The position numbers and the translations under genes are program-made. From Luteimonas sp. (GTDB taxonomy: Bacteria; Pseudomonadota; Gammaproteobacteria; Xanthomonadales; Xanthomonadaceae): DNA of 64,000 bases. This document shows, piece after piece, positions 63,369-64,000 of the stretch. Position 1 is the first letter of the stretch, and the number at the start of each line of letters is the position of its first letter. The notes under the pieces were generated by a model. The model was not told the origin of the DNA and ran no database searches. It saw only the letters and a program-made list of their open reading frames with translations. The stretch lies in contig JAYRKR010000001.1 of assembly GCA_041905645.1 (NCBI GenBank), positions 23,311 to 87,310 on the forward strand, given 5' to 3'.

Positions 63369-64000
63369 TCAAGCGCAATAGGGATCGAGCGCGGCGCAGG
63401 ACGCCTGCAGCGATTCATTGGCCGCCAACCGTTCGGCCAGATAGTCGACGGTCACGCGCACGCGCGGCGCGATGAGTGCGCGGTGCGGGTACTGCAGCGC
63501 CAGCCGTCGCGAACCCGGGTGATGTTGGTGCCGCAGCACGACCTTGAGCGCGCCGGCGCGCAGCAGCTGCCAGCCATGCGGCAGCCCGATCTGCGCGATG
63601 CCCATGCCCAGGCGCGCCGCGTCGATGGCGGCGAACGGCGAGGAGACGGTGAGCACCGGACGCTCCGGCCGCAGCTCCTGCAGCGCCCCGTCGGCCTGCC
63701 GGAACGTCCACGGCGACACCTGGCCACTGAGAAAACGGATGCCGATCAGATCGTGCGCGGCCAGCTCGGCAACGCTCGCCGGTACGCCGCGCCGGACAAG
63801 GTAGTCCGGTGCCGCCACCAGAACGGTTTCGAGCGTGGCGATCGGGCGCGAGACCAGGCTCGAATCTGCCAGATGTCCGCCACGCAGGCCGATGTCGTAG
63901 CCCTCGGCGATCAGGTCCACCTGCCGGTCGTCGAAGTCGATCTCCAGCTGCAGCCCCGGGTGGCGGGCGCGCAATCCGGGCAGCAGCGGCACCAGGTAGG
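63369..64000 (-). CDS. LysR-family transcriptional regulator, C-terminal substrate-binding part (5' end beyond the window)
   Basis: The LysR_substrate-like sequence (VDLIAEGYDIGLRGGHLADSSLVSRPIA...) continues open to the window edge. Confidence 0.8.
   Translation of the reverse strand, partial: YLVPLLPGLRARHPGLQLEIDFDDRQVDLIAEGYDIGLRGGHLADSSLVSRPIATLETVLVAAPDYLVRRGVPASVAELAAHDLIGIRFLSGQVSPWTFRQADGALQELRPERPVLTVSSPFAAIDAARLGMGIAQIGLPHGWQLLRAGALKVVLRHQHHPGSRRLALQYPHRALIAPRVRVTVDYLAERLAANESLQASCAALDPYCA

Noticed and set aside
1-64000. Search for CRISPR repeats, tRNA/rRNA, IS elements, integrases, phage or toxin-antitoxin modules
   Set aside because: I recognised no regularly spaced direct repeats, cloverleaf-like or rRNA-like conserved blocks, and no transposase or integrase translations. 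The inspection was by eye, so small elements could have been missed.

Overview
This is a 64-kb, very GC-rich proteobacterial chromosomal segment. The gene content suggests a denitrifying Xanthomonadales-type gammaproteobacterium, but that is inference only. All calls come from reading the ORF translations and the DNA by eye, without BLAST or HMM searches. Start codons are inferred from SD motifs, paralog alignment and ATGA/GTGA overlaps. Layout: (1) 1-12.3 kb, minus strand: respiratory nitrate reductase narK-narGHJ(I), directly downstream of a molybdenum-cofactor operon (moaA, moaC/B fusion, moeA, moaD, moaE, one unknown ORF). The moaA leader looks like a Moco riboswitch. (2) 12.4-27.4 kb: a stress island with two Pat-like GNAT plus universal-stress-protein modules, two L,D-transpeptidases, a beta-CASP hydrolase, Trx2/OsmC and a Pta-like enzyme. 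Seven FNR/Anr-type palindromes lie in intergenic regions between 7.6 and 23.1 kb and link nar, moa and the stress island into one predicted low-oxygen regulon. (3) 26.5-39.7 kb: a 13-kb co-directional minus-strand array. It contains a TetR gene, an encapsulated-ferritin-like gene with no encapsulin nearby, a membrane protein, a beta-CASP hydrolase, a LOG-family protein and an LpxR-like protein, with the last four joined by ATGA overlaps. It continues with cytochrome c' and a YbhGFSR-type ABC efflux system with its own outer-membrane factor. (4) 39.9-50.3 kb: a two-component system, an SDR/AraC pair, and a czc-type HME-RND pump in the order B-A-DUF3240-C. (5) 50.4-63.3 kb: a sulfide/persulfide cluster. 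It holds a CstB-like MBL-rhodanese fusion, DUF302, and a type I SQR operon extended by cytochrome b561, DUF2892 and an RND pump. It also holds a rhodanese-BigR-Blh operon behind an AT-rich operator-like repeat, plus a P-type ATPase. I recognised no rRNA, tRNA, CRISPR array, transposase or integrase. The best candidates for something undescribed are the EncFtn-led, translationally coupled operon (34.7-39.0 kb) and the FNR-box-linked GNAT/USP modules. Neither can be assigned a function from sequence alone.
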